A stretch of DNA of 55,145 nt, the filler included, from Bipalium vagum (taxonomy: Eukaryota), in NCBI GenBank assembly GCA_037834085.1. It is 3 parts of 3 records of this genome, joined end to end, with 100 filler letters (N's around TTAATTAATTAA, not from the genome) between each part and the next. Parts side by side here need not be neighbours in the genome. Positions count along the whole stretch, not along the records: positions 34,099 to 55,145 come from JBBMKC010242390.1; 2 more parts are not named here. One strand, given 5' to 3'. The position numbers were made by a program, and so were the translations under genes. A model generated the notes under the pieces. It did not search any database. It worked only from the letters and a program-made list of their open reading frames with translations, and had not been told where the DNA came from. Of the stretch, positions 40,701-53,200 are shown one piece after another. Positions within the stretch are counted from its first letter, which is position 1. Every line of letters begins with the position of its first letter.

Positions 40701-40838
40701 ATGAGGAAAAGTTTCACATTAAACAAAATTTTATATTTATTAGAATTTTATCCTGAATTTAAAAATATTGATATCTATTCTCTTCAAGATCTTTATTATT
40801 TTTTGGAAATAGAATATTTTATTTTTCCATGGGAATAA
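40701..40838 (+). CDS. Small intact 45-aa ORF within the Polinton remnant
   Basis: MRKSFTLNKILYLLEFYPEFKNIDIYSLQDLYYFLEIEYFIFPWE*, packed tightly between two viral ORFs, with an AAAAATG start. Confidence 0.4.
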   Translation: MRKSFTLNKILYLLEFYPEFKNIDIYSLQDLYYFLEIEYFIFPWE

Positions 40839-40858
40839 TTTTTTTTCCAAAAATAGAA

Positions 40859-41575
40859 ATGGATCCATAACAAAATTTAATTTATAGTAAAATTGAAATT
40901 GAAATATTAAAAAAATTAATAGCAGTAGAAAACAAATATAATAATAAAATAATAAATCAATGGGAGATACAAAATGGAATACAACGAGATTTAAAAAGTT
41001 TTCATAAACCAGTAACTGATGTATTGGAGAACAAAAATAAAAAATTAATTGTTTCTGAAAATAATGAAATTAAAGATGATCTCCCTGATAATTCAATACA
41101 ACGGGTAAACATTTAATGGGATATAAATGCATTAACTTTAACAAAAACTATAAAACCAATTTTTAATAACAATATCTTAACAAAAAATTACGGAATAATT
41201 TTAGTTTATAAAAGAAGTGAAACTACGTTTTTAAGAAATGAAACAGAAAAGAATATGAATTAACAGAAGATTTAAAAACAGTAATAGAAAGAAAATATTG
41301 TTCAGAAAATAATCTAAAAGACATGAAGAATTATTTAGAAATAATCAAAAGTGCAAATTTAAGTATGAATTCAATTAATGTTAAAAATATTGAAAAATCA
41401 AATAAACAAACTTAATGCAATAAAAAGAGGAGAAGGTTACACAATTTACAAACCAAAACATTCGCTTTATCAATTTATAACCTTAAGAAAATATTTAGCA
41501 GCTAATAAAGCAGGACATGATAATCTTGATCATTTAATTTTAAAAATTTTAAATAAATTAGAAAAACAAAAATAA
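40859..41575 (+). pseudogene. Conserved Polinton uncharacterised ORF, frameshifted
   Basis: N-terminal LKSFHKPVTDVL and C-terminal KRGEG...LRKYLAANKAGHDNLDHLILKILNKL resemble the 'L.AS..AGN...EI..I...L' tail typical of a Polinton ORF family. Confidence 0.6.
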
Positions 41576-41653
41576 TTATGATAAAATATTTTTAATAACT
41601 GATAAAATTTGACTTAAGATAACACAAAAATATTTTAAAAATAACAAAATTAA

Positions 41654-42395
41654 ATGGAAGTTGGTTTATAGAAAATATCAAACCTGTTATCTCAAATTTT
41701 TCTTCATTTTTAGTAAAAAGTAAAACATTAGAAATATCTTTTATATTTAATAATACTTTAAATCTTGATCCTAATTTAAACTATGAACTGAGATTAGTTT
41801 ACTTTTCAATTTATAATTCTATATTTAATATAAATGAAGATAACAAAAGAATAGAATTAATATAACAGTAAAAAATAGTAAAAATTTACCCGTTACAAAA
41901 AATATCAGATTCACACCGGGTGCTTATGAAATTGAAGAAATATCAAAAGTTATAGAAAATGAAATAAAATATGATAAAACTTTAAAACCTTTTGGAGCGA
42001 TTGTAGGTCCAAATGATAAAACCATTGATAAAGAATATCACATAAAAACTAAACCTAATTCTGTTTCAGGAAATTGTATAATGAAAATAGCAGAAGGATG
42101 TAAAGTTCATTTTCCTCAAAATAATTCACTGGCTAATTTTTTAGGGTTTGAACTTATGATGTATACTGAAGGAATTCATTATTCTAAAAAATTTTATATT
42201 TTAAATATAAATAATATTATGATAGATTATAATGTTGTAAATGGAACATTTTTTCATGGTAAAAACCAAATATCATTTTTGATTTCCCAGCAAACACTGT
42301 TAGAAGAGAATATAAAATTATAGAAGACCAAATTTTCCAATTTATTATCCCGTAAATGTAAGGATGATTGAAGAAATAAATTTTAGAATTGTATT
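41654..42395 (+). pseudogene. Polinton minor capsid protein (penton), frameshifted
   Basis: LNLDPNLNYELRLVYFSIYNSIFNINEDN, TPGAYEIEEI, NSLANFLGF, GIHYS, ILNINNIMIDYNVVNGTFFHG, YKIIE and IEEINFRI occur in the canonical penton motif order. Confidence 0.88.
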
Positions 42396-42976
42396 GCTTA
42401 TTTGCTTATTGAAAAAAATAATGTATTTAAAGGAATTATGAATTGTGTTTTATTACATGAGAAATTTATGGAAATTAAACTTGAAGGTGGAAAGATGATT
42501 AATTTTGAAGTTAAAGCAAAAAAGGGTGAAATTTCTTAAAAAACATTTTTAAATATATTTTTATAAATTTTTAATATTATTAAATAATATATTAATTATT
42601 AAATTTTTATAACATTTTTATTGCCCTTTTTACGATATATTTTTTTAATTTTTATAAATTTTTTTTTCAAATATTTATCTTTGGTATAGTCATACAAGAA
42701 ATATTCTTTAATTTGTCAAGTTGTTAGCCGTTACCAACTCTCATGTTTCTAAATCAAATATTTTTTTAGTATAGGTATACAAGAATTTTTTAAAAAAATT
42801 TCTAAATTACATTTGGTGAGGGGATTTTTTTACTAATATATTTTATAATTTTCATTCATTTTTTTATTGCTAAAAATTCAGAAATTTTTGAAAAAAAAAT
42901 TTTTTTATTTATTAGTTTTTTATTTATTAGTTTTTTATAAAAGTATTATATAAATTTGAATCCATTTTTTCTTAGT

Positions 42977-43440
42977 TTAATATCCACATTTATATGTTAT
43001 TACATTACCATTTTCTAAATATTTGATCTGTCTTTTCTTAAAATCAAAATCATACATTTTTATTTCATCTATTGTTTGTATTCTATTAAAATTATTAAAA
43101 CTATTTCCTGTTAATTTAAGTCTTATACTTCAAATAATTTCATAATTTTTCTCCTTACTTTTGTTAAATGGATTATTAGAATTATTTAATACTAAATTCT
43201 TTTTCTTTTCAAAAGTTAGTTTATCTGAATTAATATTATCTTTTACAAATCCTTTTGTTTTATCAGTTTTTACAAATTCCTTTTTATTAGTACTCCAAAT
43301 TTTCATATGATAATCTTTTGAAGCTGGTACAACTATTTCTGTTATATAAGATCCAATTCCATAATCTTTTTCAACTTCTTCTGTTAAATCTCCTAAATTT
43401 TCTCCTTGTAATTTTTCAATTTTCCTAACATTTTTCCTTA
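42977..43440 (-). pseudogene. Protein-primed family B DNA polymerase (pPolB), C-terminal remnant
   Basis: GENLGDLTEEV...YITEIVVPASKDY...KTKGF...LTFE...IQT..IKMYDFDFKKR...TYKCGY* matches the Polinton pPolB tail (GxxLGxLTxE, KxY, KGF, KR, GY-stop). One internal stop. Confidence 0.88.
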
Positions 43441-44419
43441 CATTCTTCATGACTACAATATTTATTTTCACACGAATCATCAATTATTTAAATTTTATTT
43501 TTCGCCAAATATTGTATTTACAGAAGGTTATAAGACAGAAGTAGAACCTCAACAATATTATGGTCAGTGTGAACAATATTAGTGAAGGAACAGATAACGA
43601 AATCTGCACAAGGACTACAAGCCAATTATAAGTGTCCCAGGTTGTATTAAATCCACGAAGAAGCGATATACTTTTGGTGATATTTCTGAACCAAAGGTTC
43701 AGTGTGTTTTTTTTAGTCATATAGCTGCTTAAAACTTGCAAAACTTGCCAAAAATTTTGGAATATAGCATTAAAATTTAAATGAACAATTCTTTTCAAGG
43801 AAATTAAGTCTTGAACGATACATAGACCTTTTTAATTTTTTAAATAAAAATGAAGAGCTTCATTATCTAACAGGTTTCAGAACCAATGACGTAAAACATT
43901 TTTTCTTTTCACGTTTAAAATTCCTTTGGCAAAAAAGACCTGTATATAAAAATTTGATGAAAATAAAAATAAATACTTATTTCTCTATACATTATACAAA
44001 ATTAAAGCACTTTTTAAAATTATTTATTCAACTAAATGGTCAGAAAATGATTATTATAATATATTATTGTTATCATCATCATCATAATCACAGAACGTTA
44101 AAAGTACAAAATAATGACAATCGATAATGAGAAAGATAATGATGAGAAAGTTTTGTGTGAAGAAAGGCGGATCATGGTGCAAAAAATATTGTGCGGAAAA
44201 ATAACGAAAAAGTAAAACTCGCCGCATATTTAATGGAATATTAATAAAGGAACATTAAAATTGATTTTTATATATGTTATAACCTTAACAAAAATTATTT
44301 ATTACTATTATTATTGCTAAAGAAAAGTTCAAAATTTGACCGGTGCAATTGTGACTATCTGATATGTTTGCTTCCATGAATTTTGATATAATCTATTAAT
44401 CTTTTCTTTTCTCTTATCA

Positions 44420-47400
44420 TCAATATACAACCTGATTTCTTGTGGTGTGTTTTGATATATTGTTTTCATCAAAATCGTGAGCTTTTACTGTGTATGGATT
44501 TGAATAAGCATTGTTAAATTTTGGTTCTGATGAGCTTCCACTGACCACCTCACCAAATCCACTGGGCATAGCCTCGAAATTCCTATTATCAGCCCGATTG
44601 ATTTGAGTAGAAAAACTGAACAGTTCACTCTTTCCAAGACTGAAACGCCTGGTGGAAAACAATACCAACAGAACCTACAAAACCAAGAAAATTGTTTACT
44701 TAAGAATTTATATAAAATCTATCATTTAGAAATGATAAATAAACAAATGTACAAATTAGTTGATTAGTAAAACTTGGCTAAAAATGAAAAAATTTTATTA
44801 TTTATTTTTGTTTTTATTATCATGAGAATTAGAATGCCAATTTTTAATGAAGCTTTCTTTATATTATAAATAAGAATGATACACCAGAAGTTTATCAACT
44901 CTTGTAAGAATTTCCTATTGTGAAAGAACTCTCGTCGTTGAGATGACTTAGGTGGTGACGTCAAAAAGTATCTAGAATGAAAGATATTATTTAAAGATAA
45001 GTTAATTTAGATACACTTAAATATATATTAGGTCATCCTATAAGTAATAAGGTTGTTCTATTAGGTTGTCTAATAAATTCGTGCCGTTTTTAAAATGCAA
45101 ACTTTTTATTTATTTACGTTTATTTTATTGGTTTTTTTAATAAAATTGGTTTTATTAAATATGGTCAGTTATTACTTACTTTTTTAGTAATATTGGTTTT
45201 CTTTGGGATCACCAAGACCTTAAAATGTGAAAATGGTTAAGAACTGATGATCTAACATGTAATGCACCAAAATCTTAGATATTCAAGAACATTATTCTTT
45301 GTGGAAGGGGGCTTGAGAAAATAAAATATTCTTATTAAGAATCTAAAAATGTTTTGCTTATATTTACTATTACAGATGGAGAACAGAAAATAACACTAAA
45401 GTCTGTATAATAATAATGATGTGTAAATTAAGAAAAATAATCTCATTAAATTGTCATCAAAATATTGTTATGGTTGTCAATCTTGGTATAATTGTTAAAT
45501 GCAATCCATTTCATAAGCCACGCCAATACAAATGATAAAAGATGAAAAGATTAAATAGATAAAATAAATGAATAAATAAGATGTAAAAATCGCCAATGAA
45601 CACATTGAGCTCAATTCAAGATAGTTTTGGAATAATGATTTCTGACAAATGGAGACCAATTAGAGATTTTTTCACATTTCAATGTGTTGAAAGATTTGAA
45701 TGAAAGATTTAGAATTTTAACAAGTAAAATAATAAATCAAAAACAATTGATTATATTTCAGTTACCATGGCAAGTGATTATTTATGAAAATAAAATTCAA
45801 GAACATTTCCTCTGTAATTTAATAATATGAGAGAAAGTTGAAATATTTTACAGATTAATTTCAATTTGAAAAGCTTTTAATGAAATATTTTTGTGAATAA
45901 AATTATTTCATTCTCGTTTTTTTTTGTTTAAATCAAACTTTGTAATTCTCAGTTAAAGATCTTCCCATTCATAAAATCTTACATTCGTCTTTATTTGAGA
46001 AACGTATTTTTTTACACATGAAACCATTAAAATATAAGAACCAAGAAAATAAATACGATATTGATTTGAAACCAATTATACTTCTTCTTTCTTCTATTGA
46101 TATTCTACAAATTTAATAATTTCATATTTTTAGTGAATTTTCTGTTCAATTTTTTTTAACATTCTGTCTTAAATAAATTTATTTTATATAGCAAAAAATA
46201 TCAAATTCGAAGGTGTTTATTTTATATAACAATACTTAAACAATGTTGCAAGGAATTTAAGTAATTGGATTCACTAAAACATCGGACATGGAAGTAAGTT
46301 AGTTTTCAATTTATCAGTTTTAATTAATTCGGATTACAAAAAATTTTTGCGAAAAATTCAAAAAAATTGTTCGGAGAACACGAATTGGTTAATGTATTTT
46401 TATCGTTAAAAAATTCTGATTAGATGAACCCTACTGTGAATGTGTATATAATTATGAAAATGTAATGCGGATGAATGAAATATTGCAGTATAGTCTGCAC
46501 CTAGTGACCAAAAATTGAACAAAAAGATTATTCCAGCCACTATTGAGCTTATTTTTCATTAATTAAAAAAATATTGACTGATTTTATTATTGTTGATAAT
46601 TAATCACAAGAAAATAATTTACAGTATTTTTTTGAAGTTGTGATAAAAAGACAGTTTTTTAATGGATAATTTAGGAGTAGTCAATTCAACCTATCAATTA
46701 TAACATAAATTCAATGAGACTATACATAGTAAACAATGAGACTTTACATAGGTAAAGGGTTGTCACTTGACAGTTTACAATTGTCAGTTTTTTGACCTTT
46801 TCTATATTCTACTTTTAACTTTCAACAAAAGTGATTTCGTCGACATGACGACGATTTTAATTAAAAAAATATCTTTAATGAAGATATTATTAATTTATCA
46901 AATTTCGATAATTGTGAAGGTTTTGAATGTATTAGGTTGTCCAGTATGAAATTGCGGATTTTCAATATTCAAGTCAAAAACAGCTTGTAAATAAATTTTA
47001 TTAAAATATTTCCCATCGCTTTTGACACACTGTTGTCATAGGGATGATAACTGTTTAATTCCTTTTTGGTAAAACTCCGAAATTCTTGAATCGAAAAATT
47101 GAACGATGTCCTTTTCGATGGCACCTTGGATCTGGAAAATGTTATTAGCCAGAAATGCATTCATATGCTTGAACAGGTGGTAATCTGTAGGTGACAGATC
47201 TGGGGAATAAGCTGGATGAGGCAAAACTTCGTACTGTAAGTCATGTAATTTTTGTAAGGTCACTTTAGAAATATGTGGTCTTGCATTATCCTGAAGCAAG
47301 ATCGACCCCTTTCGGTTTACAAGACCTGGTTATTTTTAAATTAGCTTATATTATATTTTAAAATTTTGAAAAATTATTTATTTACCCGGGCTGAAATGCA

Positions 47401-50177
47401 ATATAGTCTGCGCCTAACCATCATTTGTTTAAATAATATATATTTACCTGTCTTATTATTATTTATCAATAAATATAAAAATATTAGTCGATATTTTAAA
47501 ATATTTTCGCTTCAAAATTAATATATGAAAAAGCGACAATACTTTTCCGTCAACCTAATATATATTACAACTTTAATATATTTTAAAAATTTTATTTTAA
47601 AACACAAAACAAATAATGAAAATTTCAGAGCAAGAAAGTTTTTTATTATCAAAGTATTTGCTTTCAATAATAGCCTGAAGATGATCTTTTTTCAAATTTT
47701 GGTTGCTATGTGCATACTATACTGCAATAGTTCCTTAATATTATGTGTGAATAAGTTTCTGGATTCGGCATAAAGATTCCACAATCGAAATATGCGTGGC
47801 AATAAATTAATTATATATTTGTTATTTGAAAATGTCATTAAATATCCATTAATTTCAGTATAGAAATGTCTTGTTTAAATATTCATCCTATTCTAATCCA
47901 ACATTGAAAGATTTTTTTAAATTGGTGGAAAGCTTTTTAGGCTATTTTAAATTATTATCATTGTGAAATCATTTAAAGTCAATCGTTCTACAGTTGCTAA
48001 ATGTTTAAATGTGCTGTGACTTATCCAAAAGCAGGAAGCTTTGGTACCGTACAATTAAAGCCCAGAAATGTTGAGAGACGCATGCCTGGAAGACGGGAGA
48101 ACGTATTGATAAACAATGGAGAATATTTCGAAGAATGAATGCTTATTTTATAGTAAATCTTAATTATTTATTTTAAAAAATCAAGAAACTTTTGTTCATG
48201 TATTTACTTCTATGATCTTATGATATTGATTAAATTTTTTTCAGAATTGAGTATTTTAATTTGTTCTTCCTATCTTAATAATTCTCCTCACATTTTGTAG
48301 TAGACGAGGTTAACCCACTCTGTTCTCATATAAGAAGTCATTGACAAGTGGAGAAAAACGAAAAATAAAATTTTTGCTAAATTGCATAAATATTCAGTTA
48401 TTATATATAATTCCATTTCTTATTCAGCCACAAGAATCGATATAAATCGATCATAGTTTTAGCAATTAAAAAAATCAAAATAACTCTCTAATTTTTCAAA
48501 TCAATATTTAATGATAAAATAAATAAAATCAAAATTATATAATTGTATTGATTTCTGAAGTTCTGAATTTGTAGAATGAAAATAACACCTGGCACTATGA
48601 AAACAGAATTGTCAATGTTGGAAAAATTTTTTTCAATGTCATAATAAACACGTTTTATTCGCTGTACATTTTTCAATTTTTTATACAATATACAGGATTT
48701 TTCAGAATGTTCAACAAAATTTTCGAAAATTTTAAAGTGTTTAACGGAATTCATTTTTATGATTACTGCAATCATCAAATCTAAAATTAAAATGACAAGC
48801 AAAAACATTTTGGCAACGGAATAAGAGAAATTGTTTGTCTTAAGTGGAATTAGTTATTACATTCCGTGTATTATACATTCCTAATGATTGTAATGATGAT
48901 GAAGGAAAGTCTGAAACAAATTTCAAAAGAGTTGGACATTAATAACCGAACTGCAACTTCCATTGTGACTTTTTAAATCAATTTTAATAATTTTGTATTT
49001 AAAAAGACATTTTGAAAAAGTTATTACATATTACGAAAAACATTATGAAAAACCCTGTAAATAATGTACACATATGCCTCTAGCCTCTTTTAGGAGGAGA
49101 AAAACTAAGGTTTTATTTTTAAAAAAATTTCAAAATATTCCCCTTTTTAGCACGGGCCTTCGCCAATCTTTCAGGCAACAAATGAATTCCGCGAAATTAA
49201 AACTTATTCTTCTAAGGAAATCTGGTTATTGGTCTAATTTTGAAGGTCTTAACGGAACTGAGCCGCTTCCCAGAAAGTGCTGATTGCATCGGGCAGAACA
49301 AATGGAAATCCTAAGGAACGATATCTGATGAAGATCGCAGTTGATCTAAGATTTCCCAGTTTGTATCTTCTAAGTAACAACTAAATTGTGAACAAACAAT
49401 GAACAACTAAATGAGTATTTGGTCTAGCGTTATAATTTAGCAAAATTATAATTTCATGTCTGCTCCAGCCCATTCTAGTCTTTTCTGTGTCAGAGCTCAT
49501 TTGAAAAGGATTAATTGATATCAATAATGTTCAACAATTTTGGTTTCTGTTGGTTTCACCCAATATGCTTTGCTTTTAGGATTGTCATGATAAATCCATT
49601 GTTCCTTTCCTGAAGCAATGTTATGCAAAAACTTTTTCTTTTCTGTCTCTGAAGAAGAACACCATAAATTTTATTTTGCCTTTCAATTTCCATTTTATTC
49701 AATCTATATGGAAATTTGCGTTATTTAAATAAAACCATGTGCCTCCAGCTATTGTATTTATTGATGTTTGATTTTTCAAATAAATATAATATCGATTAAA
49801 TTCTTAAATAGAAACAAAAATTCTAAAAAAAGGATGATGTAATGAAATTTCTCATGGAGAAGGATCAAAATTTCTTTAAATGGGATATAATGAAATGCTT
49901 GAGCAGTGGAATAAGTGCGTCTATGTAAACGGCGGTTATGTTGAGAAATGAGATGTATACATGTATATGTATTTTTAATAAACTTTTTTTAGTTATCTTC
50001 ATTATTTCTGGTAGAGTCTAAGTATTTTTCAGCCTTATCACGTAATGTCAGAATTATGATAAATAAATTTATCTAAAAATAAAACAGGTTCTTTATACTA
50101 CAATGAACTTCTATTGATTTTTTTAATGAAATTAAAAGGAATTTACAATTTGCTGTTATGGCAATTGTACACTTTTT

Positions 50178-50229
<52 letters not shown>

Positions 50230-53200
50230 ATAAATAAAATAATCACCCAAATTGCAAGAGAGAAAATCGAAAAACAGGCCGCAACTTGGATACAGGTGAA
50301 CTGCCAATTATCGACACCTACGAGAATTGAGATTGATGTTTTCCACCACTCTCCGATAATGAGACAAATGGTTACAAACCAAAGTAATGTATAAAGACCT
50401 AAATGAGAATTAATTTTTTAACGCAACCATAACACCACATGATAATACAATATCCGATATCACAATGGTTTTTCTTGTTTCAACAGACGATATATGGGGA
50501 ATGACAAAATCGGTTACAAGAAACCCAATGCCACAGAGAAGAGAAGTGATGCCCACGAATGCAACGAAGTTACAGTTGGATGTCCTTTCATTAAGCAGAC
50601 ATGTTTCATTATTCCATCCTCCCGATATTATGGTTGAAAAAACGATTATTGCCAGGAACTATGAAATGTTATCCATGTCACAAATAAATTGATTAATTAA
50701 TTAAAATTGATATTATTTTCACATTGAAATAAAAGTAAGTCAATGAAACGAGAAACATTTTTCATTTAAAAAATAATTTCAGTCTTTAATATTTTCTTTA
50801 GCTGTTAAATTAAAATTACATTTATTTATAAAGACAAAAAAATAATATTTGATATTTTTATTTTAATAATAGTTTAAATATTTTAAATTTTATCTTTAAA
50901 TTGAAAAACGAAAAATTGTGAAATAAATTAGTAAAATAAAAAATTAAGAGAATTTCACTAAATAATGCGAATTTGTAAAAATACGTAAATCTTTTATTTT
51001 TAATATTATAAAAATATAAAATTATTGTTTAAAATATTTTATAAATTTCTATTAATAAAATGAAATTTAATGATTAAAATTATAACAATTCTACACAATA
51101 TTTTAAAGGTGAATAATCAAAATTAATAATCAAACCAAAATTAAATTGATCTGAATTTAAGCCACAAAAATTCAATAGATTTTTTCTAATACCAATTTCG
51201 TATTTTTATTTACATTTGTTTGATTTAATTATGCTAAATATTTATTTATCAATTCTAAAAATCTATGTTGAACGTAGTATTAATTGATTATTTTATTAAT
51301 TATTTTTATTTATTAATATTTACTTTTTTATCTATTTATTAATTATTGATTTAAAATTTCCACACAATTTGGTTTTTTTACTATAAATATCAAAATTTTC
51401 ATAGTGGAAATACTTTTTTATACTTTTAATATACTTTACTAAATTGTAGAAAAGTAAAGAATTAACAAATAATGTAATTATCAGGTTGTGTAGTATGAAA
51501 TTTGTAAGTAATGTATGAATGTAAGTAATTATTTTACAAATTTCATACTACACAACCTGATATTATAAAATTATAGTAATTATATAATTATTATTATTAT
51601 ATTTATTATAAACAATAACTAATTGTATTAAATTAAAATTATCGATAAAATAGAGTTTAATTGGTCAATTTATAATATAAAATTAATTTATTAATTCTAA
51701 CAAAAAATCAAATTAATATATTAAAAATTAATAAAAAATAATAATTTTTAAAGATTATTTATATACTTTAAAAAATTAAGTAAAATTCAGTGTCGTTGAA
51801 CATTGAACTTTTCTGAAATATACAGTTGATTAAATTCATAAGTAAAAATCTTTCCTAATAGAAATGTTTGAAGAAATGAACTGTCCATACTACTTTGTAG
51901 AAAGCAATAAAATAATATTGACCCAAGTAAAAATAATAAGTTAAAATTAAATAAAATCCAAAAAATTTTTAAAAAAAATGACTAATCAACGAAGTTAAGG
52001 AATTAAATCAACTCAGATAAGTTTTGTGAATGTCATTAAATGATATATTCTCAATCGGACTGGGAAGCTTGTGACCATCTCTGTGAAACTTCAATGTCTT
52101 TACCATAAAATTCGAGTCTTTTCATTTTGAAACTCCTGGTTATTCAAATAGTTTTGATGAGATTGAAATAATTAATAAACCGATGGAGTGGTGTTACGAA
52201 AATTGGTGGAAGTGGTAAGACCTCCAATTTGTATCTTTACCTGAGTCAATCAAAAAGAATGTGGTTGTAGGATCACTACCTTTCTTTTTCTTAAAATAGA
52301 CCTGATATTTTTTACTCAGTTTCTTTAATTATCGAGAGCAGTGTTAGACATTTATAGAGCTGTTATTTTCTAACAGTTCCCAAGACACAATACCATGAAT
52401 ATTTCATCAAACAGACAATAACACTTTTAAGGGTGTAAAGAGATTTTGCAGTGTAGAGAGGCGATTCGTTTGGATTTACCCATTGCCTATTCTTTTTGTT
52501 GCTAACCTAGAGAATCTATTTCTCATCTCAAGTTATCAATCGATCAGGAAATGGATTGATTTGCAATCTGGAGTATTGCAGCACAAATGATGGTTCTTTA
52601 AATTCTATTCTGGTTTGTCAATTTGTACGGGACCCAAACACTCAGTTTACTGATTAACTCAATTCTATTTAACTGATTCTTAATTTTTTACTGATCGCAA
52701 TCATATGTCTCGACCAAATTATATGTAATTTTAAAGGGACTTGATTCGTTGTTTGCTTTCAACATATCATCATCCACCAGTTACCCCCGTCTTGGTTGGT
52801 GTTTTAAATAGAAATTAACTTCGGCAATTATTTTAACTAATTACCGCACAATCATGATATATTACGCAAAAGTTCTTGATTACAACCGTCGGGTTGACGT
52901 TTCTCTTAAACAGGAAGAGCATGCAGTGCTCATACGCACCTATGCGAAATTTATAATTTTAGTCCAAATATTTTAAAGTTATTGGAATGAGTTTAATAAA
53001 GAATTAAAGATAAATTCAAATAATTGAAAATTCTTTATAATAATTAAGCAAACTTAAAATATGATATTAAAACACGAAATTACTTTTTCCTTAACCTGAT
53101 ATAAAAATTACAGTCACAATACGATTCTTACTAAAGAATTGATAAAATACTGACGTTCAATTTTATTAAAAAAATTATATATAAAAAAAATTATTTCAGA

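Larger units (their letters stand above)
39300..43450. mobile_element. Decayed endogenous Polinton/Maverick (adintovirus-like) element
   Basis: Intronless, tightly packed, very A-rich ORF remnants: integrase, gasdermin-like membrane protein, conserved Polinton ORF and penton on +, and a convergent pPolB C-terminus on -. Termini and TSD not found; boundaries approximate. Confidence 0.88.
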
